A stretch of 64,000 nt of DNA from Azolla caroliniana (GCA_043228905.1 JBHGNT010000018.1:6882001-6946000); one strand, 5' to 3'. Counted from the first letter of the stretch, positions 21,555 through 36,257 are shown. The notes: a model not told the origin generated them from the letters alone. Made by a program: numbers and translations.

Positions 21555-24402
21555 AGCGCACCATGATTGTTGTGTAGTTCGATGTTGATGATGCTTGTCC
21601 CATCATTTTCAAATTCCATTGATGTTGCTTGAGGAAGTCTTAACTTTGTGATTTCCTTGGTAAGGTGTTCACTCTCGGTTTCTTTCATTACATATGATGA
21701 CCTAGAAAAAAGACTTTTGTCATCAAACTCCACAGAACGACTAAATATTATTTTACCTGTATCAGGAAGGTAAATTCTGTATGCTTTTACTCCATATGGC
21801 TCCCCATATCCAATAAATTTTCCTTTGATGCATCGATCCTCAAGTTTTGTCCTCTTGGCAGGTTGTATATATGCAAATGCAGTTGCTCCAAATACTCGAA
21901 GATGTGATATCTCAGGTGGGTACACCACATGGTGTATGGCACTTGTCCTTCTATACCTTGGTGAGGGGTTCTGTTTCGTAGGTAACAAGCTGTGGCGACA
22001 GCTTCTTCCCAGAATCTTGAGGCCATTCCACTCGTCTTCAACATACTCCTAGCAACATTTAATAAGGTGCGATTCTTTCTCTCGGCTATCCCATTTTGTT
22101 GAGGTGTGTAGACAGTTGACTTTTGATGAAATATACCATTTTTTTCGTTAAAGGCTTCCCATTCTTGTGAAACAAATTCCCCACCATTGTCACTTCTTAT
22201 TACTTTAACTTTAAGTTGTGTTTGATTTTCAACAAAGCTCTTATATGCACAAAATGCTTGGAATGCATTTCCCTTTTGTTTAAGAAAGTTAACCATTGTA
22301 AATCGCGAAGTGTTATCAATAAATGTTATAAAGTACCTTGCTCCGGAGAGTGAGTTGGGAGTTATCGGTCCACATACATCCATGTGAACAAGTTGGAGTA
22401 GTTCCTTTGTCTTTGAGTTACTTAGCGGGAATGATTTTTGAGCCCTTTTCCCATACATGCATCCTTCACAAATATCAATAGATTTAAATATTGTGGAAGG
22501 TAAACCTCTTACTAGGTTCTGATTTTGACACAATTTGAGTATTGGTGTATGTAGATGACCGAACCGGCAATGCCATAGATAGGTGGGAGACACATTGTCT
22601 ACTCCTCCTTGATGTACTTCAGCAGCTAATGCTTCTCCAAGATTCGCCTTGACAGGATATAGTTGCCCTTGTTTTGGACATACAATTTTTATCTCATGTT
22701 GACCATCTTGGATGTATAGGGTAGCTTGTTGTTTGCTGAATTTGACTGTCATTCCTTTTGCAGTAGCTTGTCCCACAGATAATAGATGTTTTGCAATTCC
22801 AGGTACAAAGTATATATCTGAAATTTGTACAACATGATTACTAATGAGTCTTAATTTGATATTACCTTTCCCAACTGCCACTTTTTGACCTTTGTCTCCG
22901 AAGGTGACCTTCAATGGTATTGGGAGCTCTTGATAGTTGTCCAACCAGTCTTTTCGATATGTTAGATGGTGAGTAGCCCTGGTATCCAAGAACCAGGTGC
23001 TATCATCTTCATTTTCTTCAAATGTGTTTGCATTATATGCTTGAATATACTCTTCTTCATCAGGTTCTCCATTTTGTTCAGGTGCTTCTTCAAAAGAATA
23101 TTCTGGATTTCTATCATCTTCTTGTTGGATAACCACATTATGTGCCTGGGGTCAGTTGGAGTTCTTCTCTGCTTGCTTGAGGCGACATACTCGATCAGTA
23201 TGTCCTTCCTTCTTGCAATATCTACAGATGATTCTAAAGCTTCCATTTTGTCGTGAGTTGTTCCCATAGTATTTTTGTGCTTCACTCTTGATGTATGTTT
23301 TGTTATTATTAGATTCATTATTTCTTACTTTTTCAAGTCTGTATCTTTGTTGGTTTGCTGGATGACCCCTTTGGAATCGATTGATGGAGACTGCCATTGC
23401 AATCGGTTGAGCATTATTCTTCTTTTGTCGTCGAATGTCTTCATGACGGATCTTAGTAAGTAGCTCAGACAATGTTGTCGTGCTACTATGCATAGTGATG
23501 AATGTTCCCCAAGATTCAGGGAGTTTGCTTAACACTAATCCAATCTTGTTGTCTTCTGAGATGCAGTTGTCGGCGGTAGTTGCATCATCCATGGCTGCCT
23601 CCCAAGTTGATAAGAAGGTAGGAACATCTTCTTCTTCCTGTAAAACACACATATTAAACAGGGTAGCTAAGGTGGGGAGTTTAGTTGTACCATCTTGAGG
23701 TTCGTATAGTTCCTTCAGTTTTGCCCACATTGCAGCTTCAGATGTGAGTTTTCAAATAATTTCTGACTGCTTTTCATCTACATTTAACATTATCTCTAGT
23801 CTAGCTCTTTTATCCAGCTTTCGCCACTCATGCCATTCGTCTGACTCTCGTTTTGCAGGTTCTGGACTAGTGCCAGTTGTGATGTCGAGGAGCTCCTCAA
23901 CATCAAGTAGTAGCTCCATTCGAGTCTTCTAGATTTTGTAGTTTTTCTCTGTTAATTTGTCCAAGGTATATTTTCTGCTTGAGCTTGCCATAGTGATAGT
24001 TTTTAGATTTGTTTATTTCAGGAAATCTGTGGTGAGTTTTGTTGGTTATAGGGGAGTATGAGATTCTGATTGTGCAACCTAGCTCTGATACCATGTAAGA
24101 AAAGTTCAGAAGATAATGGGCTGGATTGACAACAGAGAACAAGAGAGAGTTTTCCAGAATGAAGAACAAGGTAAGATCTTATATTAAAACAGGTGTATTG
24201 CAATGTAAGAACCTACAGAAAACTCTAGATATAGTACCACACACATCTCTAAACAATACTTTCATCCATATATATATACAAAGAAGTAACAACTAGCCGT
24301 TACTTCTTTGTAACTGTTGTTTTGTCTTTTGTAACTCATGTTTTGTCTTTATCCTCATAACTCATGTCTTATCATTTGTGGTGTAAACAGGTAATCTTAA
24401 CA

Positions 24403-24860
24403 CGCTATTCGGTCGTTGTTCGGCCACCACTGGGCTGTTGTTGGCCATTGTCTGGCCAATCACCGCTGCCACTTGGCCGCGATTTGGCCACTGTCCGGCC
24501 ATTCACCACTGTGCGGCCACCACTCGGCCACTGTCGGCCACTGTACAGCCAATCACTGCCACCACATGACCATTGTTGGCCACTATCCGGCCAATTTCCA
24601 CCACTCGGCCGTTGTTCGGCCACCACTCAGCTAATCGCCCCTATTCGGCCACTGTTCGGACACCAGTCGGCCGTTGTCGGCCACCACTTGGCCGCTATCG
24701 GCCACTGTCCGACCGCTATCTGGCCGTCACTCGACCGTTTTCTGGCTGCTGTTGGCCACTCGACCGTTGTTCGGTCAATCGCTGTTGTAGGCCACTGTTC
24801 GGTTGTTTTCCGGCCGCTGTTCGGCTACCACTCGACCGCTATTTGTTCATTGTTCTGGCC
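24403..24860. repeat. GC-rich degenerate short-unit repeat (CCACCACTCGGCCGTTGTTCGG-like), split by the copia at 18124
   Basis: The same motif occurs at about 18098-18123, on the other side of the insertion. Confidence 0.7.
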
Positions 24861-25719
24861 GTCTCTTACGAAATTCATGTCGTCTTGTGTCAGGTCTCCC
24901 ACAGTTCCCATGGGAGCTCAGTCTAGGACCTCCACATGGAGGTTTCTCAACAAAGCATTCAATCTTGCTTTTGCTTCTGTCGCCATCGCTGAAACGGCTA
25001 GGCATGTTCCATCATCACTTAATCTCCTCAATCATGGATATTTTGAGGATTGTGGTGTTCAAAATTCTGAGTGTTAGGACTAGGATTATGAAGAGATTCT
25101 GATTGCTAAAGTCACAAAAGAGAATGAAGAGATTCAAGGGCAAGTCCAACTGCAAGGTGAGAAGATGGAAGATGTGGCAAAAGAAGAGTTAGTCAAGAAT
25201 GTGTAGAGAAATGAGATTATTAACAAAGACAAAAGTGTTGCGGAAGAAATTGCTATCATAAAATTGGAAGAAATCAACTACAAGGTGAGAAGATGGAAGA
25301 TGTGGCAGAAGAAGAGTTAGTCAAGAATGTGTAGAGAAATGAGATTATTAACAAAGACAAAAGTGTTGCGGAAGACATTGCTATCATAAAATTGGAAGAA
25401 ATCAAAATTAATGTATCTGATGATACATAGACTTTTGGTGATGTGAAGGTGGAGGAAGTAAAGGACATTGGAACCGAGGCCGTTATTGAAGAGGTCAAGG
25501 ATGTAGAGTTAGAAATAGTCATGAATGAGGAATAAAACAAGATATCGGAAGATATAGCGATCACTTCTTATGAAGTTCTTGAGGAAGATGATCAAATGAA
25601 AGAGGGTAATAATATAAAGGAGAATGTTACTATTGTTATTGAAGATATATAAATATCACCAAGAACCACAAAGGCATAAGAGATTGTGTTAGTGAGCATT
25701 GATGAAGTTGAAGTATACT

Positions 25720-28700
25720 TGTTACGGGCATGACCATATAATATCCCGTGGTGAGAATTTACCATAGTATTCTATACAAGTGGATAAGTGTGAGGGTTAA
25801 ACGAGAGTCTAAACAAGGGGAGGATTACTTTTAATCCTCGAGGTCTCGAGTTCAAATATGACTAAGACCATACAACATCGTTGATACATATGACTATAAC
25901 ACATGTTTAGACTTGAGATCTAAGTGCACTTCGGGGTCCTCATAATAGGACTTAAATAGCCGAAACCACATATGTGGGCATCAAAACATAGTTTATTGTT
26001 AACATTTTTTTCGTGTATAAACTATTCATGACGTGAACATTCAGTCGGATCGGTGCGTATCTGACTTCGGCAAGGACATAGGCAGATCTTCGGGAACGAA
26101 GACCGAACCGGCCAAGAAGGGTCTCACCGTTATGCCGGTCCACCCGCCAGAAGGATCCCGTTAAATGGTACGGGTATAACGAGTACATGGCGCATCATTA
26201 TGTGTACATGACCAAGGTCGAGGAAGTGCGTGAGCCGGAGAGCTACGCAGAAGCGGCAAAGGACGCAAATTGGCGTGCCGCTATGGAGGAAGAAATGCGG
26301 GCACTAGATGCCAATGGAACTTGGGACCTGGTTGACCCACCCCGTCACTATAAACCGATCGGATGCAAGTGGGTGTACAAGATAAAGTACAATGCCGACG
26401 GTACAGTTAACCGGTACAAGGCCCGGTTAGTGGCGAAGGGATATGTGCAGACCCACGGAATCGACTACGACGAGACCTTCGCTCCTGTGGCGAAGATGAC
26501 AACGGTTCGTGTGGTACTGGCGGTTGCTGCGGCAAGGGGGTGGCATCTTCATCAGATGGATGTGAATAATGCCTTCCTTCAAGGAGATCTTGAAGAAGAA
26601 GTCTTTATGACTCAGCCCCCCGGATTTTAGTCGGAGGTGAACAAGTCGGCGGTATGCCAGCTGAGGAAGTCGTTGTACAGCTTGAAGCAAGCCCCCCGTG
26701 CTTGGAATGTTAAGATCACGCATCGGTTGCGGAAGATGGGGTTTGTTGCCTCTAAGTCGGACTCTTCCCTGTTCATCCGTCAAGGCTCAAACGGTCTGGT
26801 ATGTATCTTACGCTATGTTGATGATTTAGTCATCACCGGCCCCGGTCTTCCGGAAATCAACCGCGTCAAGTCCCAGTTGTCGGACGCATTCGATATGAAG
26901 GACTTGGGGGACCGTCATTATTTCTTGGGGATCGAGGTGATCCGCACCCCCAATGGCATATTACTTTCTCAATGCCATTATGTGTTGAATATGTTGTACA
27001 AGTTCGGCATGACGGAATGTCGACCTGTCTCCACACCCCTGGACCGGAATCAGAAGATCCGTCCCAACTCCTGACCGGCCTGCGATGAGAAACGGTTCCG
27101 ACAAATAGTCGGAAGTCTGATCTACTTGATCATCACCCGACCCGACATTAGCTATCTGGTCGGACTGGTAAGCCAATTCATGCAGAAGCCGATCGTGGAG
27201 CACCTTCAGTGCGCGCAACGAATACTGAGGTATGTAAGCGGCACTAAGGACCGGGGGCTCTTATATCGGCAAGGTATAACCGAAGAGCTTGTGGGCTACA
27301 CGGATGCCGATTGGGTTGGCGATGCATCGGATCGTCGCTCAACTTCTGGCTTTATGTTTTCTCTTGGGAGCGCGGCTGTTGTGTGGAGCAGCAAAAAGCA
27401 ACCAACAATGGCTCTATCCAGCACTGAGGCTGAATACCGGGGCGCGACCGTTGCCACTTGCGAAGCCATTTGGCTTCGGCGACTGCTGCAAAACCTGTGG
27501 ATCGAGGTACCGACCCCGATCCTGATCTACTGCGATAACCTCAGTAGCATGCAGCTCGCCAAGAACCCTGTGTTCCATGCTCACACAAAGCACATATAAG
27601 TGCATTATGACTTCGTGCGTGAGCGGGTCCTGAGTGGTGAAGTTGAACTACGGTATGTTCACACGGATCGGCAAATTGCCGACATCTTCACCAAGCCGCT
27701 TGGGTCGGACAAGTTGCAACACTTTACCGAAATGCTTGGTATTCAACATCTCCACATGCCGCACTTGAGGGGGAGACGCAAGGGCAAAGACACTACCAAA
27801 ACGGGCAAAGGCAAAAAAACTGTTGAACTCGTAGGTAAGAGAAGAACCGGTAGAGGTGGAGACAAGAAGAAAAATGAAGCCGAGTCGACGAAGGAAGTCG
27901 GCACATCCGAGCAAGTCGGAGTGAGCGGCTGTGAAGAAGAAGTGTACACTCAGGGTGAGAAGTGCATGCTATTCGGAGGTCATCACGATCGCAATGGCCA
28001 TGATGCGGAGTCGAATGAAGAATTCGACTTCGGTGAACCAGCTGAAGAAGCCAAGGGAAGCACGGAGAAGGCCAAGACCCGGACGTGGTCCAATGTGGTG
28101 AGAGGCCTGAAGCTGAAAATCGAATCGAAGGATACCGATTCGGACAAGAGCTGGAACGAGTCAGAGACACCCAATTCGGATCAACAGACGGATCCGGATG
28201 AGTCGGATCAACTAGAGGCCAAGGAGACACGGATGCAGCGGAAGTCGATGCCATCGCGAGGGAACCGATGGATTGGAAAGCGCCGGAGTCATAGCAGCGA
28301 AGGAGCTGAGATGGGCCTATTGAGCAGACATGCCGAAGGTCGAGGCGCGCAGAACAAAAGGGGTCGCGGCAAACGGGACCGGACCGGACAAGGAGCGCGA
28401 GCAAGGCGAAGCGACGCCAGGAGAAGTCGGTTGGAAGAACCGGCTGCCACAGAGGTTGACACTACGACCCTACCTCAGGTTGAGCTTGAGGGGGAGTGTT
28501 GAGCGGCAAGCTCAACCGAAGCCGGATCGGCTGAATAAGCCTGAGCCGGTAAGCGAGATGAATCGGTATGCCGGTGAGCAACCGAGCCGGTGAGCAGTAA
28601 GGACCAGTGAGTTGGGGAGACGGTATGCCGGATCCAATCCGTAGCCAGAAGCCTAGTATAGGTTAGACTACTAGGCAATTATAGTCTCGTAGTTAGTGTC

Positions 28701-31700
28701 AGACGCTCGTGTGAGCATTGAAATACACCGTACTTCTAACAGTCTCGTGTGGACTTGTATAAATAGCGCTGATGAGCACGTTGTAGAGATACAAAAGATA
28801 CAGAGTATAGAGTATTCATATAATTTTGAAATATAGTGTGTCATGCTCTCACACTCTCTCTCTCTGTCTCTCCCACGTACTCTCTCTCTCTCTTTGTGTA
28901 TTGTTCTTTCTAACGCTTATGCAAGCAATCTTTTACACATAGTAACTTGATCTTCAACCTCATCTCATACTTCTAGGGGGTATTGATGTGAGATCATGAT
29001 ATCGATTAATGTTTGCCCATGATATGTTTACATCACGACATGATGTTATGACTATTTGTCTGACCTTATCCTATTTCTTTGCCAGAAATAATCATTCAAT
29101 GGCTCAAAATAACGACCCGATGTCATTTGCTCAAGCGGAAGGAACTCAAGGAAATCCTCCTGGAGAAATGTCCATTGAGATGTATTTTTCACAAATAAGC
29201 CAATACCTTAGTTTCATCGCTTAACAAATGACCGAACTTCAGCAATCTCAAAGTGCTCTCGAGGCACGTGTCATTAGTTTACAACGTGAGACTAATCGAC
29301 TAGATGAGCGACAGCGTGAACCATCGTTTGTCATTAAGCCATTTACGGGAGGAAAAAAGGAAAGAACCGAAGAAGCAATCTGCACATGGTTGGGTCGATG
29401 GGAGTCTTATTTTGAGCTCTATCCCACGCCAGATAGTATGAAGATTGCATATGTCGGCCGAGAACTAGGAGGTAAGGCCGCTGCTTGGTGGCGTGTGATC
29501 CGAACTTTGGGGAAATTGCCCGATACCTGGAGAGATTTTGTCATAGTTTTTAAGGGCTAACTTTTGCAACCTCCCTCTCGAACCGAGGCAACACAACCTT
29601 TAATGAACCTCTCTAGCAGGAAGTTTTCCACGCTAGAAGACTATGTTCGCCATGCTAGAACCCAAATCCAAAAATCGGGTCTAGAAGGGGACAACTGGTT
29701 AATAGGTTGTTTTGTCAATGGCATCCCCAATTCGGACTATCACTGGATAGTGCACGATAAGGATCCAAAATTCTTCGAAGAAGCTGTTGAAATAGTTCTT
29801 CGCTATCAACACACTTCGAAGAAGGACCTCAACAAACCCAACGAAGCGCCCAGGACTAAGTAGTCACAATTCGTTGGGAAACGCAAGACACCCAACGAAT
29901 TCATGGATCACGATTGTAAGTGACCACATCCTTTTTGCGTATTCTGCAAAAAGAAGGGTCATACAAAAGAGCAATGTCGAAAGCTCCAACGGAAAGAGCA
30001 CGACAACAAAGCTAAAGCTGCAGACCGTAAAGGTCAGATTCCTAATGTCCTTCAGGTCTATACACATCATTTAAGTAATTGTCAATGTTCTTTCCGTAAC
30101 TATGTATTGGGTCCCAATGATTTACTACGTGCAAACGGGTATATCAATTGATCTCCCGTACAATTTTTGTTTGATTCGAGAAGCTCACACAACTTTGTGA
30201 ATGATTGTTTGGTTCAGATATGGGGAATCCAACCCACCGTAAGTGATCACACCTATACGGTGCACTTGACTGATGGAAGAGTACAATACATCAACGGGGT
30301 GATTCATTCATTAGGAATTTCTATTGATACTTATATAGAGGAAGTAGACTTCCATGTAATGAATCTTTCTACCATTGATGTAATACTGGGTTATCCCTGG
30401 TTCTATAATAAAAACTCTTCTTTATCTATTGATTGGGTTCATCATTCAATAACTTTTGTACTGAACAATTGTACTCATTTTATTCAATGTGTACAAAAAC
30501 AATCCCTCTCAATTGTTTCCTCTCCATCAATTTCGGAGTTCTCTTTTTCTACTATATTTTAATGTGTACTTGATCGGACATTCACGTTTACAATATTGAT
30601 AATGCTCGGTTCAATTAACATATTTTGAACAACAACGACTTGATGAAATCTTAAATGATTTTCATGATGTTTTTCCGAGTGAACTACCAGATGGGTTACC
30701 TCGTAAACGTAATATAGACTATTGTATAGATATTGTACCTGGCGTTGCACCAATAAGTATACCCCCTTATCGCTTAAGTCGATCCGAAGAGGATGAGGTA
30801 TCTAAGCAACTCAAGGACTATTTACGAATGGGTTATATACGTTATAGTAAATCTCCATGGGGTGCATCAGTTCTCTTGGTTAAAAAGAACGAGGGCACAT
30901 GGCGTATGTGTATTAATTGCCGATGCTTGAATAAAGTGACGATCAAGAATTCGTATCCATTGCCCCGGGCTGACGATCTAATTGACCGTCTCCAGGGAGC
31001 TCGGTATTTTACGAAACTTGATCTCCGTACTGGCTACCATCAAATTCATATAAGTGAGGAAGATGTTCCTAAAACGGCATTTTGTACGCGCTATGGCCAT
31101 TATGAATTTTTGGTTCTGCCTTTTGGTTTGGCCAATGCTCCAGCTACATTTCAACAAGAAATGAATGACATTTTCCGAGAACAACTTGGAAAATTTGTCG
31201 TTATTTTCTTCGATGATATTTTAGTTTATAGCCATACATTACAAGAACATCCTAAACATGTCCGCTTTGTTTTACAAACATTGTGTGACAAACAGTTTTA
31301 TGCGAAGATCTCAAAATGTGAGTTCTTCAATAAATCAATTACTTATCTTGGACATCTCATAACCGAACGAGGAGTTGAAATTGATCCTTCTCGCATCGAG
31401 AAAATCAAGATTTGGCCCACTCCTCAGAATATTTGAGAAGTTCGAATCATTCCTTGGTTTTGTCGGGTTTTCGTGAAAATCCCTTCGTAATTACTCCCAA
31501 TTGACGACATCGTTTACTGATCTTCTAAAAGGTCAAACACGTAAGTCTACAAAACCTATTGTCTGGAATGCTACATTAGACCTCGCCTTTAAGGAACTCA
31601 AGGACCTAGTGTGCAAGGCTCCATCACTTCTTTTACTTGATCCTTCAAAACCTTTTGAGGTTGAAACCGATACAAGCGATTATGCTATAGGTGTTGCCTT

Positions 31701-33671
31701 ATATCAAGATGGTAAACCAATAACATTCGAGAGTAAGAAACTTGCTTCTTCTCAATGTCGGTATACCGTTCAAGAAAAGGAATTATTTGCAGTTATACAT
31801 GTGCTCAAAACATGACGCCATTATCTTTATGGAAATCGTTTTGTGGTAACTATGGACCACAAGTCCTTGAAATATTTTTGTGACCAACAAGACCTGAAAG
31901 GTTGTAAGGCACGATGGGTTGATCTCATCTAGCACTTTGATTTTTCCATACGATATTGTAAAGGTTCCTTGAACACTGTCGCTAATGCACTAAGTCGAAT
32001 CTGTGAAGTTAACATGCTTAGCTTCATTGAAATAACATCAGATCTTTATAATCACCTTCGAGGAAAGTATCTTGATGACAGTTATTTTGCGAAATATTGG
32101 GCAAGAGTTGAGTCTGGAACAGACACCACCACATCCTCGAAGGAATACTTATACATTGCCAACGGTCTGCTCTACCATAATGGGAAGGTTTGTGTTCTAG
32201 ATTTGCTTGAGGTCAAAAAGAGAATTCTTTTTGAATGCCATGATGCACCCCTTGCAGGGCACCCTGGAATACATCGTACACTCGTTCTCATCTCCACTCA
32301 ATTTTATTGGCCTAAGATGCGTCTTGACATACATAGCTATGTGACTAAATGTCACCAATGTCAGGTTAACAAAGTTGAGCGACTTAAAGCCGTAGGACTT
32401 GGACATTCCCAATAATAAGTGGGAAAGTATATCCATGGATTTTATTGTTAGCCTTCCTTGGACCCAAAAAGGGCATGATGCCATCTAGGTTGTGGTTGAC
32501 AGACTAACTAAAATGGCCAGATTTATTGCTACGTAAACCACAGTAACAGCTGCTGAATTGGCTTACCAATTCGTTGACGAGTTATTTCGTTTTTATGGGT
32601 TACCAAGGGATAACGTGAGTGATCAAGATCCAAAGTTTACGAGTGACTTCTAGACGGAAGTCTTTAAGAAGTTAGAAACTACATTGAGCATGAGCTCCAC
32701 GGATCATCCTCAATCCGATGAATAGACAGAACGAGTAAATCAAATTATTGAGGACATGCTTCGAGCATACGTTGGTACAAATACAACAAAATGGGAACGT
32801 CATCTTCCAATTTTGGAGTTTGTTTACAACAGCTCCAAGCATACATCGACAAGATATAGTCCTTTTATGTTGATGTATGGTTTTCAGCCACGAACCCCGA
32901 TTGATGTTAATATACATCATGATGAGTTACGACGTATGCTAAATTTTCTTCGGGATATGCAAGATATGTTGCATATTGCACGAGATAATATAAAAACAGC
33001 TCAAGATAGAGCATGTTTTTATGCTGATCATCATAGGCCACCTTGTGTAATCAACCTTGGACAGAAGGTATTTTTACATGTACCTCACAATTCTAAGACA
33101 TTGTCTAAGAGTAAGTGCACTAAGTTAGCCCCACGGTTTTGTGGACCTTTTACAGTCCTCAAACGCATTGGGTCATCAGTCTATTGTCTCGCTCTTCCAG
33201 ATGGTGTTGAAATTCATCCAGTTTTTCATGTGAGTCGTCTAAAAGAACTTCATAACATCATGTCGTGATGTAAACATATCATGGGCAAACATTAATCGAT
33301 ATCATGATCTCACGTCAATACCCCTCTAGACGTATGAGATCAGGTTGAAGATCAGGTTACTATGGTAACACAAAGGTGTTTTAAAAACCATGGGGGTGAC
33401 AAATTAATGTCTTTCCTTGATCTCTATATTGATTTTTTCATGGCGGCTTCCCGAGGCTCAACCATGTATATTCGTGTCATGAATAGTTTATACACGAAAA
33501 AAATGTTAACAATAAACTATGTTTCGGTGCCCACATATGTGGTTTTGGCTCTTTAAGTCCTATTAGGAGGACCCCGAAGTGCACTTAGACCTCATGTCTA
33601 AACATGTGTTCTAATCATATGTATCAACGATGTTGTATGGTCTTAGTCATATTTGAACTCAAGACCTCGAG
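25720..33671 (+). mobile_element. Decayed Ty3/gypsy (gag 29099-, protease, RT, RH, INT to about 33250) ending in an inverted copy of its own 5' region
   Basis: FDSRSSHNF protease, [51 protein letters not shown]; 33250-33364 is the reverse complement of 28938-29051, and 33476-33671 of 25837-26032. Confidence 0.8.
26033..28937 (+). mobile_element. 5'-truncated Ty1/copia (RT, RNase H, long C-terminal extension, 3' LTR 28497-28937)
   Basis: [26 protein letters not shown] motifs; PPT GAGGGGGAG then TGTTGAG...TTTTACA. Confidence 0.88.
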
Positions 33672-35128
33672 AACAAATGCATTAAACACTTGAGCCAACC
33701 AAGTAGGTTGCTCTTCTTAAATATTTAATGTTTAATGTGTATAAGAGATATGCGAGACATTTGCCCATATATGTTTTTTTAAAAGAAACATATATGTCAA
33801 GAGTCCTTATTTCCCCCTCGTTTACCACAAATTTTGTTGGTACGTTACCTAACCTCAAGTCTCGTAATTATGATGGCATATGCAAGTGCAACCTAATGGT
33901 CAAGCCAAATGAGCCCTCTTTTCGTAGTAGGCCCACGTGGCCCATCACGTGGTTACATCATTACAAATGCCTTTCGTAAGAATGATCTGATGGTAGCATC
34001 GTATCCATGTAATGAGGGAGGGATGTTGGATATGTGTGTCATAAGAGTGACCTCAGATCGAGTGGGTCAAGCCCTACGTTCTCAACACCATTGTGACTAA
34101 GTTTGTTTCATTACGTAACAAAATCGAAGTCACCAACATGGATGTCAACAATAAACATTTGTTGAGAAAGGGATGGTGACAACACCATTCTCACAAAAAT
34201 GTGAGGACGGCCACCAAGATCCTTTCCCCAAAAAGGAAAACATTTGATATTGAAATCACGTAATAACTTATATACACATATGTATATTATCACATAGATG
34301 AGATCAAATACGTATACACGTGACCACATATGTATATATAAAAGAAATCGTAATATAAAATAGCCAAAAATGATGTAATCGAGATACGTAATCGAGGCAT
34401 ATACCCTCTACGCACACAAAACATCTAAAAATAAGGGTTAATCGTAATACGCAATTGAGGTATTGACCTCATACGCAAAAATAATATATGTTTGTGAACG
34501 CAATATGTAATTGAGGTATTAACCTCGTATGCATACGACACTAATCACATATTAAATATATGTCAAATGAGGTATTGACCTCATGCACATATGTAAACGT
34601 TTTATATAACCAATTAATTACCACTACAACATCATTGAATTAATGGAAAAAAAAACACATATGACCATATACATGATTAGAAGGGAGAAAACAAAATAGA
34701 AAAAAAACAAGAAAGATTCCCAAAGTTCCTTTGATGATCGTTGTCTAGATCAAGGCCGACCGCACATCGATCAATCACCATCAATCAAGAAGACAAAAGA
34801 CAACAAAAGAAACATTAGAACATGAGCTCTGAAACCAACTATTAGAGATATGATCTAATGTAAGCGTATGATAAGGAGAAAAGAATGATAGATAGATAGA
34901 TAGAAAGAAGAGAGAGAAAGAAGGGTGCCGATCCACCCGACCACTCTCGAGCGAAGGGATCAAGACGGACTTGAGACTCGATTGGTGTCCCATACCACTG
35001 TCGTGGCGTTGAGTCATACCTGGTGTTGGCGCGCTCGCTACAAGAGTTGAACCACCACGAAACAGAGTCTCGACGTAGTCAAAAGATGATGAAATGAGGG
35101 TAGCTAGGCCTCTTATTTATAGCAATAC
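33672..35128 (-). mobile_element. 5' part of an unclassified LTR element (iMet-like PBS about 34826-34837; LTR continues at 45606-45718) with internal degenerate repeats
   Basis: Minus-strand TGGTTTCAGAGC next to an LTR-like end; TATAAAT(-) near 35115; motif GTAAT.GAGGTATT.ACCTC repeated about five times in 34370-34590. Confidence 0.5.
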
Positions 35129-35430
35129 TGTTGAGATACAAGCTCAACATTGGCCGGATTGGTTGAGACTGATTGGTTAGGCCGGACCGGTGCGTAAACT
35201 GGTGCGCAAACCGGTGCGCAACAAGAAGTCGTAGTGGTGCATAAACCACGAGGCCATTGAAAAGATATTCCGCGTAGGAATATATTTTGGGAGTTAGTGT
35301 AGAGCTCAGCTCAGTTATGAGCATTGAAGTACTTGTCAATACTTCTATCAGTCTGTATGGACTTGTATAAAAGTGCTCACTTAGCACATCCTATGTACAG
35401 ATTGAGTATTATTATTTTGAATAGAGTTGT

Positions 35431-35490
<60 letters not shown>

Positions 35491-36257
35491 GCGTACTTTG
35501 TGTGTGTCCAAGCTCTCCATTAAACCTGTGTTTTCCTACGTTCTGTTTTCTGTTGCTTCTGCACGTTGTTCTTTTTACACGATATCAGAGCGCGAGGGTT
35601 GAGAACCTCTGCAGCCAACCTTAGCTCGAGAAGAAAACCTAACCATCGTAAAGAACAGGAAAAACAAAATGGAGAGGCATGGCTAGCTCGCTTCTGACGG
35701 AGAAGCTCGACAAAAACAACTACGCGTCTTGGTCGTACAAGATGCACCAGTACCTGCTCAAGCATGGATATTGGAGCTTTGTCGACGGAGCAAATGACAC
35801 AGCACCGATTCGACACATAAAGACTTCCCGGCTTGGGAACAGTCGGCGAGCAGAGTTCTCTACTGCTTCACGTCTTGTGTAGGTGAATGTCAAAGGATGA
35901 TTGGGGAAATCTAGAAAAGATTTTCGCCGCAAGCACCACAGCTAGAAAGCTCTAACTCTAACAGAAGTTAAGCAACTTACGGCAACGCAATTTGTTAGTG
36001 GCTGTTACACCTCGAAGATCAAAGATATATGTGACTCCTTAGCCTCCATCGATGTGAACGTCGAGGAAGGCGAGATGGTGCAGATCTGTCTCGAGACATT
36101 GATGAGCTCTACCTAGAGCGAAACTAGTTTCCACAAGGTCTTTCTAATGAAAATTTCTTAAGCTTTTCTTTTTTTCTCACTCACTCCATAGGTAGGAAAT
36201 CTGTCAGTCCTGTATTTTGTCGACAGATTCTGAGTCTGTCCATAGGTAGGTTCTTCG

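Larger units (their letters stand above)
18124..24402 (-). mobile_element. Full-length Ty1/copia retrotransposon (5' LTR 24094-24402, 3' LTR 18124-18452), disrupted
   Basis: TSD TGCTA/CGCTA; PBS TGGTATCAGAGC(-) at 24082-24093; G-run PPT at 18453-18459; gag 23152-23990; protease WFLDTRATHH and integrase in 21787-23136; RT YVDD and RNase H in 18480-20790. Confidence 0.93.

Noticed and set aside
21190-21588. Repeat-protein ORFs or a CRISPR-like array
   Set aside because: The units are contiguous 54-bp repeats with no unique spacers, inside an LTR; no cas genes are present.
25146-25405. Direct duplication of about 130 bp in a Glu/Lys-rich degenerate frame
   Set aside because: The frame has many stops and no recognisable domain, so it cannot be assigned.
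25837-33671. DIRS-type element suggested by the inverted ends
   Set aside because: It encodes an aspartic protease and a DDE integrase, with no tyrosine recombinase seen.
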